A DNA stretch of 64,000 nucleotides from NCBI RefSeq assembly GCF_006345805.1, contig NC_043021.1, positions 22,010,001-22,074,000 on the forward strand, given 5' to 3'. The notes beneath the pieces are model-generated. The model was not told where the DNA came from. It saw nothing but the letters and a program-made list of their open reading frames with translations, and did no database searches. This DNA is from Octopus sinensis. Its lineage: Eukaryota. This document shows, piece by piece, positions 38,313 to 51,589 of the stretch. The translations under genes were made by a program, and so were the position numbers. The number at the start of each line of letters is the position of its first letter. Positions within the stretch are counted from its first letter, which is position 1.

Positions 38313-38924
38313 ACACACACATATATATATATATATGCATAGAAATAAGTATATGAGTCCTTTTTATATGCATATTCTTTCATATACATAAAGTGACATT
38401 TGTGTTTGTTGGTGCATGTAGCATGGCCATTCTTGTCTTTGTTAGCAAAGCATTATATAACCAAATATACCTTTCACATTGTTTTGTTTTAAATGAAACA
38501 ATATACAAACCAGCTATTGTTGTTTGAAAGATATTGCCTTACATTTCACACAACCCAAATGAACACACACAGTCAACCGTTCTTTAGCCTTTCAGGCCCC
38601 ATCTCAACAATCAAGGGCTATTTGTAGAACTCCTCATGTCTTCCTTTTAAATGGATTATACTCTCTGTAACCAGTTTTATACAGAGCCCACCATACCATC
38701 CCATCAAACTGCAGTATTATTTAGAAGTCTGTAAAGCCTCACAGGCAACACTTTTAAGAGTAAATTCAACCAGCATAGGAAGTCTTTCAGGTGATTAAGT
38801 GTTAGGATCCACACTAACTCTCTATCATCATATTTCTTGAAACTGAAGAATTGAAGTGTCGCAGATATTCCCATCACCTGCATCCTACAAGATATGGCAC
38901 ACTCATTCACACAAGGGGAGCAAG

Positions 38925-39226
38925 AAGATACATTATTTACATTATTTACATTTGACAGATATTTGTCCTTGTCTTGCTTGTTGTTAATACAACATTTCAG
39001 CTGATATACCCTCCAGCCTTCATCAGGTGTCTTGGAGAAATTTTGAACCTGGGTTCTCATTCCTAAGATATTTTTTGATATTATTATTATCATTATTATT
39101 ATTATTATTATCATTATTATTATTATTATTATTATTATTGTTACTATTATTCTGGTCACTGCCTGGAATCAAACTCGGAATCTTGGGGTTTGTAGCCTGT
39201 GCTCTTAACCACTATGCCATATGCCC
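38925..39226 (-). mobile_element. tRNA-headed hammerhead element TH, left inverted copy (hammerhead 38986-39031)
   Basis: GACAC-CTGATGA-A-GGCTG..CAGCT-GAAA-TG-TT-GTATT on the minus strand; (AAT)n spacer; tRNA head at 39145-39226. Confidence 0.75.
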
Positions 39227-39230
39227 ACAG

Positions 39231-39321
39231 GCATATGGCATAGTGGTTAAGAGCATATGGCATAGTGATTAAGAGCGCGGGCTACTAACCCCAAGATTCC
39301 GAGTTCGATTCCAAGCAGTGA

Positions 39322-39356
<35 letters not shown>

Positions 39357-39543
39357 TCATTGAAATATACCTTAGGAATGAGAACCCAGGTTCGTAATTT
39401 CCCCAAAACACTGAAGAAGGCTGGAGGGTATATCAGCTGAAACGTTGTCTTAACAACAAACGAGATGAGGACAGATATCCATCAAATGTAAATAATGTAA
39501 ATGATGTACATAATTCCTCATCCCTTAAATATAGAACTGTATG
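39231..39543 (+). mobile_element. tRNA-headed hammerhead element TH, right copy (hammerhead 39405-39451)
   Basis: gcatatggcatagtggttaagagc (duplicated 22 bp) gcgggctactaacccc..gagttcgattcc, (AAT)n, CTGAAGA-A-GGCTG..CAGCT-GAAA-CG-TT, ends aaatatagaactgta. Confidence 0.75.
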
Positions 39544-40020
39544 AGCAAGAAGATATTTTTAATTTTTAATGGTAAATCTTTCAGCATCACTTTTGCAATC
39601 AAGTCAAAGAAAAGAAAGGATGAAATATTCTGTTGAAAAATTGAAACATATGATTAGTATCCTTTATTCTCCTTGATTTCCATCAGCAAGGGTCTGGGAG
39701 TTTACTCCCTGATTTCTGCAAATTATTGAGGTCAAAGAGCCAGTGACATTTCTATTCATCGTGTTGTCATTTAGCGTTCAGGTCTTGATATGTTGAAAGA
39801 ATCACCTTAATGCGACTTACGAGGAGAATGGAAGTGCGCCATTGACTTTGTACAATTTTACTCTACTGTATGTGTTGAGTACTCTCTTTATCTGCACTTC
39901 TAAGCATGCGAATGCATGTGTATGCATTCATGACCTGACTGCAGGCACGCTCAAAACCATACATATATGCATGCAAACAAACATATGCAATCATAGTCAC
40001 ATACATACATACATACATAG

Positions 40021-40067
<47 letters not shown>

Positions 40068-40182
40068 GATGTATTGTACGGAGAGTTGTCTCCACTTTCA
40101 ACTTTTTACACATACTCAGACACATATTTAAGAATCACACACATACAGATTATCTATCTATCTATCTATATACTTTATTTAG

Positions 40183-40337
40183 AGCAGCAGAAAATTCAAC
40201 AAAACCTGTTACTCTGAGTTTCACGTTGCCGTTCATCGGACAGTTTTTGCTAGAATCAGACAGTTTTTTCTACCAAAAACTGTCCAATGAACGGCGTGAA
40301 ACTCAGAGTAACAGGTTTTGTTGAATTTTCTCCTGCT
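40183..40337. repeat. Inverted repeat whose arms each carry a minimal hammerhead (40206-40243 minus; 40280-40314 plus, decayed)
   Basis: Minus arm CTGT-CCGATGA-ACG gcaa CGT-GAAA-CTC a GAG-TA-ACAG. Confidence 0.7.
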
Positions 40338-40514
40338 TTAAATAAAGCATATTACTCTACCAGTGGTATTTGAATATTCTTTTTTCCACCTTGTTTCACA
40401 TTTACGTGTTTACTCTGGTATCTATCTATCTATCTATATCTATCTATCTATCTATATATATATACACATACAAGAACTTAAATATATACCAACATTTACA
40501 TCATTATCATCAAC

Positions 40515-41172
40515 ACTTCCTCTTCTTCTTCTTCTTCTTCTTCTTCTTCTTCTTCTCCTTCTTCTCTCTCTTCTTCTTCTTCTTCTTCTTCTTCTCTTTC
40601 TTCTCTTTCTTCTTCTTCTTCTTTCTCTTCTTCTTTTCTTCTTCTTCTTCATCTTCTTCATCTTCACATTCTTCTTCTTCTTCTCTTCTTCTTCTCTTTC
40701 TTCTCTTTCTTCTTCTTCTTCTTCTTCTCTTCTTCTTCTTCTTCTTCTTCTCTTTCTTCTTCTTCTTCTTCTTCTTCTCTTTCTTCTTCTTCTTCTTCTT
40801 CTTCTCTTTCTTCTTCTTCTTCATCTCTTTCTTCTACTTCTTCTTCTCTTTCTTCTTCTTCTTCTTCTCTTTCTTCTCTTTCTTCTTCTTCTCTTCTTCT
40901 TCTTCTTCTTCTTCTCTTCTTCTTCTTCTTCTTCTTCTTCTCTTTCTTCTTCTTCTTCTTCTTATTCTTCTTCTTCTTCTCCTTCTCTCTTTTCTGCTTC
41001 TTCTTCAGCCTCTTCTTCTTCTCTTTCTTCTTCTTCTTCTTCTTCTTCTTCTTTCTTCTTCTTCTTCTCTTCTCTTCTTCTTCTTCTTCTCTTCTTCTTC
41101 TTCTTCTTCTTCTTATTCTTTCTCTTCTTCTTCTTCTTCTTTTTCCGTGTCTCCTTCTTCTTCTCCTTCTTC
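40515..41172. repeat. (CTT)n trinucleotide repeat
   Basis: Direct inspection. Confidence 0.95.
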
Positions 41173-41575
41173 TGCTATCGCTACAAATCAAATTACACGG
41201 AGCCTTTATAATTAATTCATGCCAATATTGCTTTCGTACATACTGCAGGGGAAACCTATAACGATATTACAGCAGCGCAGCGATGCAGTGTAGATGCATT
41301 TGTAGATGGAGAGCAGGATGATGAGGAGGAGGTGGAGGAGGAAGAAGAAGGGTATTATGATGCTGGCATAAAAAGTTTATGAATTGAATTTTCCCAGCAT
41401 ATACACACACACACACATATATGTACATATGTATACATATATATATATATATATATATACATATGTATACATACATAAATATATATATGTGTGTGTGTGT
41501 ATATATATATATTTATATATATACGTACATATGTATACATACTTATATATATGTATATATATGTATATATATATA

Positions 41576-41617
<42 letters not shown>

Positions 41618-41811
41618 TATACATACAAATACATAAATATATACATATATATACATATATAATATATATATGCAGCACGGGTTTTTGTCAGTTAACAGGT
41701 CGCGAATATATATATATACATATACGCATATACATACTTATATATATGTGCATATATATATATATATATAATATATATACATATACGCATATACATACTT
41801 ATATATATATG

Positions 41812-41860
<49 letters not shown>

Positions 41861-42001
41861 TATATATATACATATACGCATATACATACTTATACATATG
41901 TGCATATATATATATAATATATATATACGTACATACGTATACATACATATACATATATACATACTTATATATATATGTATATATACATGAATGTGTGTGT
42001 G

Positions 42002-42036
<35 letters not shown>

Positions 42037-44682
42037 ATGTGTGTGTGTGTGTGTGTTGCACTGGAAAAATTTTTCCGTGAGCTGTAATCTCAGTGTTTCA
42101 ATTTCCCTCTCCTTGCAATGGCTTCCTGATCGATAGCAAATCGTAGATGGCAGAGAAGATTTGCGGAAAATAGTGTCAAAAAAGAATATTCTCGATTCAA
42201 ATCGATTGAAACTTATCAATTGGAGATTAGTACATATTTCTTTTTTTTTTTTGCATTTTGCTTGATTGGCAATTTTTTTGTTCCTTATTTATATTTATGT
42301 ATGCGTGTATGTGGATCAGTATTGCTTTTTTTTTATATCTCATATATTATTTTGTATTGCTTTTGCATACTTTTCAAGCATGTTGTGGTGTTGTTCTTGT
42401 TATCATTGTTGTTGTTGTTTAGCCATTAACTCTGCTCTAGTGAAGGCACATGGCTCAGTGGTTAGGGTGCGTGTTTGGGTTACAACCATAAGGTCATGAG
42501 TACATTACCTGACAACACACTGAGTCCTTAAGCAAGACGCTTCATTTCACATTACCCAGCTGGCAAAAATTAGTCGTACCTGTATTTCAAAGGTCCAGCT
42601 TTGTCTTGTACTGTGTCACTCTCAATCTTCTTGTGAAATATGCTAAGGGTGTGTCCATGTCCGGTAAGTACACCACCATCAAATCGCCAGAGGGAAAGTT
42701 CACCATCATCATTTCAGTTTCCTTTTTCAGAAAAATAGTTTTTAGCTATGAATCTTTTCCACTCTAGGCACAAGGCATGAAAATTCTGGGGAGGTGTGGG
42801 GGGCGGGGGGGGGGCAGTCGATTAGATCGACCCCAGTGCACAACTGGTACATTGACCCCCAAAAGGATGAAAAGCGGAATTTAAACTCAGAACGTAAAAA
42901 CAGACGAAATACTGCTAACATTTCTGCCTGCTGCTGCTGTTTCTTCTTCTTCTTCTCCCCTCTCCTCCTCCTCCTCCTCCTCCTCCTCCTCCTCATTCAA
43001 TCAGGACTCATGCCATTAGCCACAAAGAATAATCTCTAATTCGAGCCTACTCTAAGCTACTAAGAATGCGTGTGGCAACTTGAAGATCCACCCACCACAC
43101 ATGTTAGACTGGCGGTTGCACGGGTGCGAAAGCTACATTGTTATCCTCCTTCTGTAAACAGTGGCTTTTAAATGGGTGGAGAGCTAAACCATCCTGGGGT
43201 ACAGAGGATTCGCAATCTAGACTAGGGTCTGAAAGTTTACCACACCATAGTGGGTTACACCATGGTGCCTCTGCTTTGTGGCAGATGTAGGAAGAAAAAG
43301 TGAGAAGAAGTTGTGGTGAAAGAGTACAGCAGGGTTCACCCACCTCCTGCCAGAGCCTCATGGATCTTAGTTACCGAAGCTTCAATAGCAATTCAAAAGC
43401 AACAAGACCTGAGAGAGGGAAAGACAACCTTGGGTGAGAACAAGGGAGAAATGTCATTCACAGCCTATGCTCATTAGGATACGAATGATGAAGGGCTTAA
43501 GCCAGCCATGTGCCATCAGTAATTACTCAGGGTAGACAGTTGGGGACATTTATGTCGTAAAACTCACAAAGAAATAAGCAAAACACAGACGTGTCACTGA
43601 GTTGGAGGCAGAATTACTTCTGCCTTTATAGCATGTAAAGAAAACTTTGTTGTAGGAATGTACGCAGCATGTGTGCTACAGCAGTTCTATGCATGGCTTT
43701 GATACTGAGATTGACAGGTAGGGGCAAATTATGCCTAGGTAATTTCCAAAAAAAAATATTTTGTATTTTATACATAGTAATCATAGTAACCTTTATAATT
43801 TTATTGAATTAGGAACATATTTTGCCATAAAAGGAAAATATTACTATCAGTCTATTTTATTCAGAGTAGACACTGCTTACCTTGCCTACCCAGGTGGCAC
43901 GTCCCTGGCTTAAGTAGTAGTAATGGTGAGTAGACTACACCTGTAATTCAAATGTGGTTCCCTTCTGTCTACCCAGTTTTACTCACATGAATTGGATCAT
44001 TATTTTACGTCAGATATTATGGGTATGTTAAAAAAATTAGGATGATCTTTATAGGAATGTCTGTCAGCATAGGTTTACTAGACCTGGGTTTAGCTGGATA
44101 AAGCAAAGACAAATGTAGATACTTGCAGTATATTTGTGTGTGTGTGTGTTTTTGTGTGCGTGTGTGTGGTTGTGTTTGTGTGTATGTAGGGTAGGCATAT
44201 TTAATGGCAGTGTCAGGCAAAAAAAAAGAAAGAAGGTTGATCCGTGTTGGTCGGGAGAGATTGACAAAATATATATGGTTGCTGTTCAATTGGAATAAAT
44301 GTTCCGTTAATCAACATGCATCTTCCACCAAAACAAGCCGGCGGATAAAGGCAGAAATAGAAGGAGTCTTCCAGAAGGAAAGTTGATATTCTTTAAATAT
44401 TCTGGAAGTGGGGGAAATGGTAAAGATTGAATAGAGTGAGACTATGCCCCTTTGGGAAAGATAATGTCTCTGACAATTACAGGTGAGCTGGAAACAATGC
44501 CTGTATTTTAACCATTTCTAACTGGTCTTTATATTTAAATGAAGATTTATTTCGAGGGGGTCTTTTGTGAAAATACCTTGTAAAAAGTGATTGTTTCTTT
44601 TTTGCTATTGACTAATGAATTGCTTGGAGGGAATTCATCAAAAAATTTGAACTAATTCCATGCTAAATATTTTCGACAACAG

Positions 44683-44812
44683 GCATCTTTCATTGCTCAC
44701 AAAACGGTTGGCTTATTGGAATTCTTCTTCTCCTGTAATGCTTGGTCGATTTTCTCAAGGCACACAAAAACTAGATAAAGAAAAATCTGCCACTGAAGTA
44801 AACAATAAAACT
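44683..44812 (+). CDS. Weak candidate exon: (R)HLSLLTKRLAYWNSSSPVMLGRFSQGTQKLDKEKSATEVNNKT
   Basis: Acceptor ttttcgacaacag|, donor ACT|gtaagc, open frame in unique sequence; no homology recognised. Confidence 0.25.
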
Positions 44813-46756
44813 GTAAGCAAACTGTCAATTCCAACACTATAACTCAATCCGAGAAAACATTAGAATATATGGTAACGGTATACGGAAGGTGTGTGTGTTG
44901 CTAAAATGAACTATGGAAGGCCAAACTGACATGACAGATTGGTTTTCCGTACATCGCGTGGATAAAATCCTGTAGCTGAGAAGGAAAACACACTGGCTTC
45001 GAAGAAAAACTATAGGTGTGTTTCTTGTTTAAACATTATATACAAGCTGTTTGTACAGGAATCCGTTTGAAACCGATTGCTGTAAGACAAATGCGAGTTC
45101 AACGAGATTGTGAGTGATGAGTAAGCAGGTGGAAAGAAGTCTTTGAACAATAAATCATTGAATGAAATCACTCCAAGTCGACATTCAGCATGAGAAAAAC
45201 AACAACAACAGCTTCAGCTAGAATCTGCATATTTCACTGAATAAGAACTGAAAACCTCATTATTAGTGATAGTGAAATGTGCTAATTATTTCACCAACTC
45301 ATTTGCAGTAATGCGCACCTGCTTTGTGGCTATCTAAGTAAATACACAATTACTACGGAGAGGTATTACCCCCTCAGCCTATCACCATCGTTTTAACATC
45401 TTATTTTTCCATGATTGCATGGGTGAGAGGGCATTTGTTGTGGAGGGGGGTGTGTTTTTCTGTGGCTGAATGCCCTTCCTCTCAGCAACCCTCAACTGTT
45501 TCTGTGTAAGCTGATCTTTCCCCATGACCGGACATTTTTTCATGGAAGATTGGAAACAAAGGGCACTGGTCCCCTTGATATGACTGGTACCCTTTTTTAT
45601 CATATGATGCCATGATAAGGAGACAGTAACACACCCACACATATACATGCTTAAATATTTATATATTTTATCCCCATGTATATATGTATATCACCAACAG
45701 TATCATCATCATCATTTAACATCCCCCCTTCTTTCTGGCATGGGTTTGACAGTTTGACAGGAGCTGGCCAGGCAGAAACCTGCACCAGACTTCTGTATTT
45801 GATTTGGCAGGGATTTTACGGCTGGATGCCCTTCCTAATACCAACCAGCCCACAGAGTACTCGCACAGGTGAAGTCAGTTTTGACGTGGTTTTAACCACT
45901 GGACACCCTTCCAAATGCCAACCACTTAAGTGTAGACTGGGTGCTTTTTAAGTGGCACCTGCACTGGCAGGGTAACAAAGTAACTTTGCAAGACAAAGAG
46001 TCTTTGAGAGGGGAGGCGGCATCTTGTGTCAGATGATGAAGGGTTAGAGTGTGATAGGGAGACAGAAACTGGTGTCTTCCTGTAGAAGAAGTCCAGGGTT
46101 ACCCAGGGAAAGGCAATGTCAGTATTGCAAATCATTTCTACAGCTAAGTTAACTGGAGCAACGTGTAATAAAGTATCTTGCTCAAGAACACAACATGCAG
46201 CCCAGTCCAGGAATCGAACTCATAACCTCACAATCGTACGCACAACACTCTAACCACTGAGCCACACACCTTCAATTGTATATATATTTCTTTACTACTT
46301 GCAAGGGGCTAAACATAGAGGGGACAAACAAGGACAGACAAACAGATTAAGTCGATTACATCAACCCCAGTGCGAAGCTGGTACTTTATTTATTATTTGA
46401 ACTCAGAATGTAACGGCAGATGAAATACAACTATGCATTTCGCCCGGCGTGCTAATGTTTCTGCCAGCTCGCCACCCTTCAATTGTATTTATATAGGCAC
46501 AGGAGTGGCCGTGTGGTAAGTAGCTTCCTTACCAACCACATGGTTCCGAGTTCAGTCCCACTGCGTGGTACCTTGACAACCGATGCTGGTGTGTTTACGT
46601 CCCTGTAACCTAGTGGTTCAGCAAAGAGACTGATAGAATAAGTAGTAGGGTTCCAAAGAATAACTCCTGAGGTTGATTTGTGCAACTAAAGGTGGTGCTC
46701 CAGCATGGCCACAGTCAGATGACTGAAACAAGTAAAAGAGTATATATATATATAAA

Positions 46757-47138
46757 TACTAGCAGTATCGCCCGGTGTTGCTCGGGTTTGTTTCGACCCT
46801 CTGGAATTGGAATTTTTGAAACATAAAAATTTTGCATTATGTAGCTTGTTATTCTCTTCAAGTGAACATTTTTCTGGTTGAAATACACTGAAAAGTGGCG
46901 ACAAAGCAGTGAAAAAATCGTAAAAAATAGGGATTTTTATAGAAAAAAGCACCTTTTTGATGTAAATAATTTTTGGTGTTAACATGGTCCGATTTCTACG
47001 GAAGGAAGAGCAACCCTTCTTCTATCATACTCTCAAGTTTGGTCAACTTGCGCCGCAGGGTCTCGGAGGAGACAGTGTTAGTTGAAGGTTACCAAACCTG
47101 GCGCACACAGACAACTTTAGCTTTACATAGAGAGAGAT
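46757..47138 (+). mobile_element. Non-autonomous Helitron/Helentron-like element
   Basis: Starts tACTAGCAGTATCGCCCGGTGTTGCTCGGG, ends agctttacatagagagat; second copy at 55427-55790 (-). Confidence 0.6.
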
Positions 47139-47159
47139 AACACACACACACACACACAC

Positions 47160-47860
47160 ACATGTATGTATGTATGTATATACGTACATCTGTCCACTTC
47201 TTGCCATATTTTTATCGTTCACTTCCTACACACACACACTCACAGACACACACACACTCACAGACACACACACACACACACACACCTTCTTAGCTTACAA
47301 TTTCTTTCTTTCAACAATTGACAACTGAAGTACGCTCGCAAATTAATACTACGAAAACTTAGCGACGAGTAAAGCATTTGAAATGAGAGAGGGAAATCGT
47401 AAAATATTGAGTTTTCTTGAATTTTTACTTAATTGGGGGTGAAATTGAAAGAAATTTATATGCCATGACCCAATGGAATGTACTTCGAAAAATCATAGGT
47501 AAATTCCAATTGAAGAAATTGTGTGAGGAGTAAATCGTTATGTATTTATTTGTTTCTGTTTCCTGTGTATTTTTTGAGTAGTGGTTGAAGGTACACTTTC
47601 AAAGAGAAAGTAGGAGAAAGTGTGGTAATAGTCGGAGTGAAGCAGTTGAAATGAGAGAGGCAAATCGTAAAATATTTAGTTTTCTCGAATTTTTGCTTAA
47701 TTGGGGGTCAAATTGAAAAGAATTTATATGCCATGACCCAATCAAATCTACTTCGAAAAATCATAGGTAAATTCCAATTGAAGAAACTCTATATTGTACA
47801 ATTGTATTAAAAAGAAACATAGTCACAGGCAGAGAAAATCTGCCTTTTATCATAAGATAT
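47160..47860 (+). repeat. Unclassified element with an internal direct repeat of about 140 bp and a 3' hairpin
   Basis: tgaaatgagagagg..tccaattgaagaaa at about 47380 and 47648; terminal ggcag-agaaaat-ctgcc hairpin before (TA)n. Confidence 0.45.
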
Positions 47861-48116
47861 ATATATATATGTATACACACGTGGTGGTGGTAGTGGTGGT
47901 GGTAGTGGTGGTGGTGATTTCCTATTGCATGATGAGATGAGGATTCAGTTTTCTGACCAACTGAATTACCTGCTCCTTAATTTCCATGCAACATGTAGGA
48001 GGCCAAGCATTCTGCACATGCATGCAACCTTATGTTATCCTCAGAACGTGTATTTATGTTTTCACATATATGCGTAGGCAAAGTGCCTGTGTATGTATAA
48101 ATGTATATATGTGTAT

Positions 48117-48150
<34 letters not shown>

Positions 48151-48220
48151 ACACACACATATTTGCATGTGTGTGAGTTTGTGTGTGTACATGCATATGT
48201 ATATATATATATATATATAT

Positions 48221-49031
48221 TTCGGAATGGTCATATTGCCAGTTTAGCCAATAAAAACACACGCACTATATATTTGGTGTTATTTTGCTTCAGTGATATT
48301 TATTTTTTACATTAATCTTAATCTTATTTCGGCCAAAGTTCTTTCGTCACACTCCTGTGACCGCATCAGTGGTCCTTTGTTTTCTTCTCACTTATACAAA
48401 ATGGCTGACGGTTAGTAAGGAGAGACACAAGTAAGTGAGAAGAAAACAAAGGACCACTGATGCGGTCACAGGAGTGTGACGAAAGAACTTTGGCCGAAAT
48501 AAGATTAAGATTAATGTAAAAAATAAATATCACTGAAGCAAAATAACACCAAATATATAGTGCGTGTGTTTTTATTGGCTAAACTGGCAAAATGACCATT
48601 TACATAATAAGAAATTAAGAAAGAAGAAAGCAAAGGACCACTGATGCGGCACAGGAGTGTGACGAAAGAACTTTGGCCGAAATAAGATTAAGATTAATGT
48701 AAAAAAAAATATCACTGAAGCAAAATAACACCAAATATATAGTGCGTGTGTTTTTATTGGCTAAACTGGCAAATGACCATTTACATAATAAGAAATTAAG
48801 AAAGAGAAAGCAAAGGACCACTGATGCGGTCACAGGAGTGTGACGAAAGAACTTTGGCCGAAATAAGATTAGTAATGTAAAAAATAAATATCACTGAAGC
48901 AAAATAACACCAAATATATAGTGCGTGTGTTTTTATTGGCTAAACTGGCAATAGACCATTCCGAAATATAACAATATCTGTTTCAACACACGACTTCACA
49001 TAAAAAATCTTGCACAACAAATATTTAAACG
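48221..49031 (+). mobile_element. Penelope-type pLTR cluster: one inverted copy plus three tandem units of about 180 bp, each with the variant hammerhead
   Basis: Motif at 48331-48375 (-), 48451-48495, 48635-48678 and 48815-48859 (+); inversion junction near 48393; same 3' end as 2040. Confidence 0.75.
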
Positions 49032-49269
49032 TATATATATTCTATATATATACGTATATATATATATGTATATATATAATGCGTATACACAAATCTACCC
49101 ACAGACGTGTGCCTGCCTGCATGTGCCTGAATATACATCCATGCATTGTTCTCTCTAATGTATTCAATGCCTAATATTGGTTTTCCATGTTTCCGAATGC
49201 CATCTGCCAGATTAAAGGAATTTCACAAAGAACAACCAATTGCAAAATTTCTGTTAATTTCTTCATTAG

Positions 49270-49980
49270 ATTTATGGTGACGATGACAATGATGATAGTT
49301 GCGACATTGACAACAATGACGGCAACGGTCATAGTAATGGCTGTAGTAGTAGTAGTGGTAGTAGTAATGGTGTTGGTGGTAGTAGTAGTAATGGTGGTGG
49401 TAGTAGTAGTAGTAATGGTGGTAGCAGTAGTAATGGTGGTAGTGGTGGTGGTGGTAGTAGTAGTAGTAATGGTGGTGGTAGTAGTAGTAATGGTGGTAGT
49501 AGTGGTGGTAGTAGTAGTGGAGGTGGTGGTGATGGTGTTGTGGACAATAATGATGGTGACAGTGATACTAATGGCAGTTGTAGTAGTAGTAGTAGTAGTA
49601 GTGGTTGTAGTGGTGGTAGTAGTGGACAATAATGATGATGATGATGATGATGATGGTAGTGTTGCTTGTGGTGATGTGGACGTAGCATGGTGATGGTGAA
49701 AATTTATTATTGGCACCGCTGTGTGGCATTGGTGATACTCTTGGTGGTGGTGGTGTTGGTGATGGTTGTGTTGGCGGTGGCAGTGAATATGATTGGTTGT
49801 TTGGTGGCTATGGTGATAGTTGTGTTGTTGCTTTTAGTGGTGGTGTTGGTTGTGGTGGTGGTGGTGCTGCTGGTGATGGTGCAGATAGTAATGAACATCT
49901 TTGCTGGTGGTATGTCTGGTGCTTAAGAGCAGTAATGGTTGTCGATGGTGACGGATGGTGGTTTGCGTTGAGTGTTACGG
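49270..49980. repeat. (GTA/GTG/GAT)n trinucleotide repeat
   Basis: Direct inspection. Confidence 0.9.
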
Positions 49981-50611
49981 ATGGTTGGTCATAGTTTCAT
50001 TTATACGATATTTTCCGGCATACAAGTAAAATTTTTCAAACACTAAATTTACAGCCAAAGGAAATCAGATTGACTTTTACACCAAGACGACTTCGGAGGA
50101 TGAAAAATTCCATGTAAAATGCAGCAGAATTAGGAAAGATAGGGACAATATTAGAAAGTCTATACCACATGTTGACACTACAGGCTACATGTGTGTGTAT
50201 GTATATATATATATATATATATACACACATGCCAGCTTAATTTAATTCGTCCTTAGTCGAAAGACACCTGTTGTTATGTCCTGTTATTATTTTTATTGTA
50301 TTTGTTTAATGTCCGTTTTATTCCGTCCTTGTTTTTGTATACATTCGCTGCTCTCTTCCAAGGAATCTAATGCTCTTAGCTTAGTTTTTCCTTGGGGCTG
50401 GCCAGATTGGAGCAATCTCAAGTATAATCAGCCAAAATTATGAAGATAATCTGGTGCTTGACTGAGGAAAGAAAACATCAAATGACCCTTCCTTGTTTTC
50501 TTTGTATCGTCTGCCTGGATGTTTTGTTGTCCTATTTTTGTATCACCTAACTATCCAGATGTTTTGCGTTCTTGTCCCATTTTGTATTTTATATATATAT
50601 ATATATATACA

Positions 50612-51100
50612 TATCATCATCATCATCATCATCATCATTTAGCGTCCGCTTTCCATGCTAGCATGGGTTGGACGGTTCAACTGGGGTCTGGGATGCCAGA
50701 AGGCTGCATCAGGCCCAGTCTGATCTGGCAGTGTTTCTACGGCTGGATGCCCTTCCTAACGCCAACCACTCCGTGAGTGTAGTGGGTGCTTTTTACGTGC
50801 CACCCACTCAGGTGCCAGATGGGTCTGGCAAACGGCCACGGATGGATGGTGCTTTTTACGTGCCACCGGCACGGGGGCCAGCCAAGGCTGCCAACAGCCA
50901 CGAATGGATGGTGCTTTTTACGTGCCACCAGCACAGAGGCTAGTCGGGGCGGCGCTGGCAATGGCCACGATCGGACGGTTCGCTTACTTGTCACCGGCAC
51001 TGGTATCACAGCTGCAATTTCCATTGATATTGATCGATTTCGATTTTGGTTCTGCTTTCTGATATCTGATTTGATTTGATTTTGATTTTGATTTTGATTT
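50612..51100 (-). mobile_element. RTE 3'UTR copy
   Basis: Family motifs and (CAT)n. Confidence 0.8.
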
Positions 51101-51165
51101 ATATATATTTTGATTTATATATATATATATATGCACACATGCCGAGAGAGAGAGATACATACATA

Positions 51166-51455
51166 CAGGGTGTGGTGAATATATTGTCATCTAAGTTATG
51201 CAAAAATGAAAGTAACACTGACATCTCATTTTTACAGATATATTTACCAAAATTACATAAAAATATCTGGAAATACTAAAGAGTAAATTTATTCAATAAA
51301 ATCACTGTTCGCTTCAACCATGGCCTCCAGGTGACTTTGGAATCTCCTGCAACTCTTCTGGATGGTCTCCTTGTTTAAGTTGGTGAATGCTGCTATAATC
51401 CTTGCCTTCAGTTCATCTTTGGTGTTACAAGGAGTTTTCTTGGTCTCTTGCTTAA
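51166..51455 (-). mobile_element. Truncated copy of the 35188-36055 Tc1/mariner family
   Basis: TA + CAGGGTGTGGTGAATATATTGTCATC TIR; ETKKTPCNTKDELKARIIAAFTNLNKETIQKSCRRFQSHLEAMVEANSDFIE. Confidence 0.85.
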
Positions 51456-51589
51456 CTAGTGATGCTATACCTCCACTCATCAGTTCATTAAAAGAGACTG
51501 ATAAAATAATTACTAGGCTTATAAAGAGTAAGTCGTGGGGTTTATTTCTTCAATTAAAAAACCCTTTAAGGAAGTGCTCCAGCATGGCT

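Noticed and set aside
39231-39325. tRNA-like heads (also 57817, 33843-34142 and S1 heads) as true tRNA genes
   Set aside because: The acceptor stems are not closed and each continues into a SINE body.
43109-43140. CTGGCGG..GCAC gg GTGC GAAA GCTA hammerhead-like text
   Set aside because: Two core mismatches and no stem I pairing.
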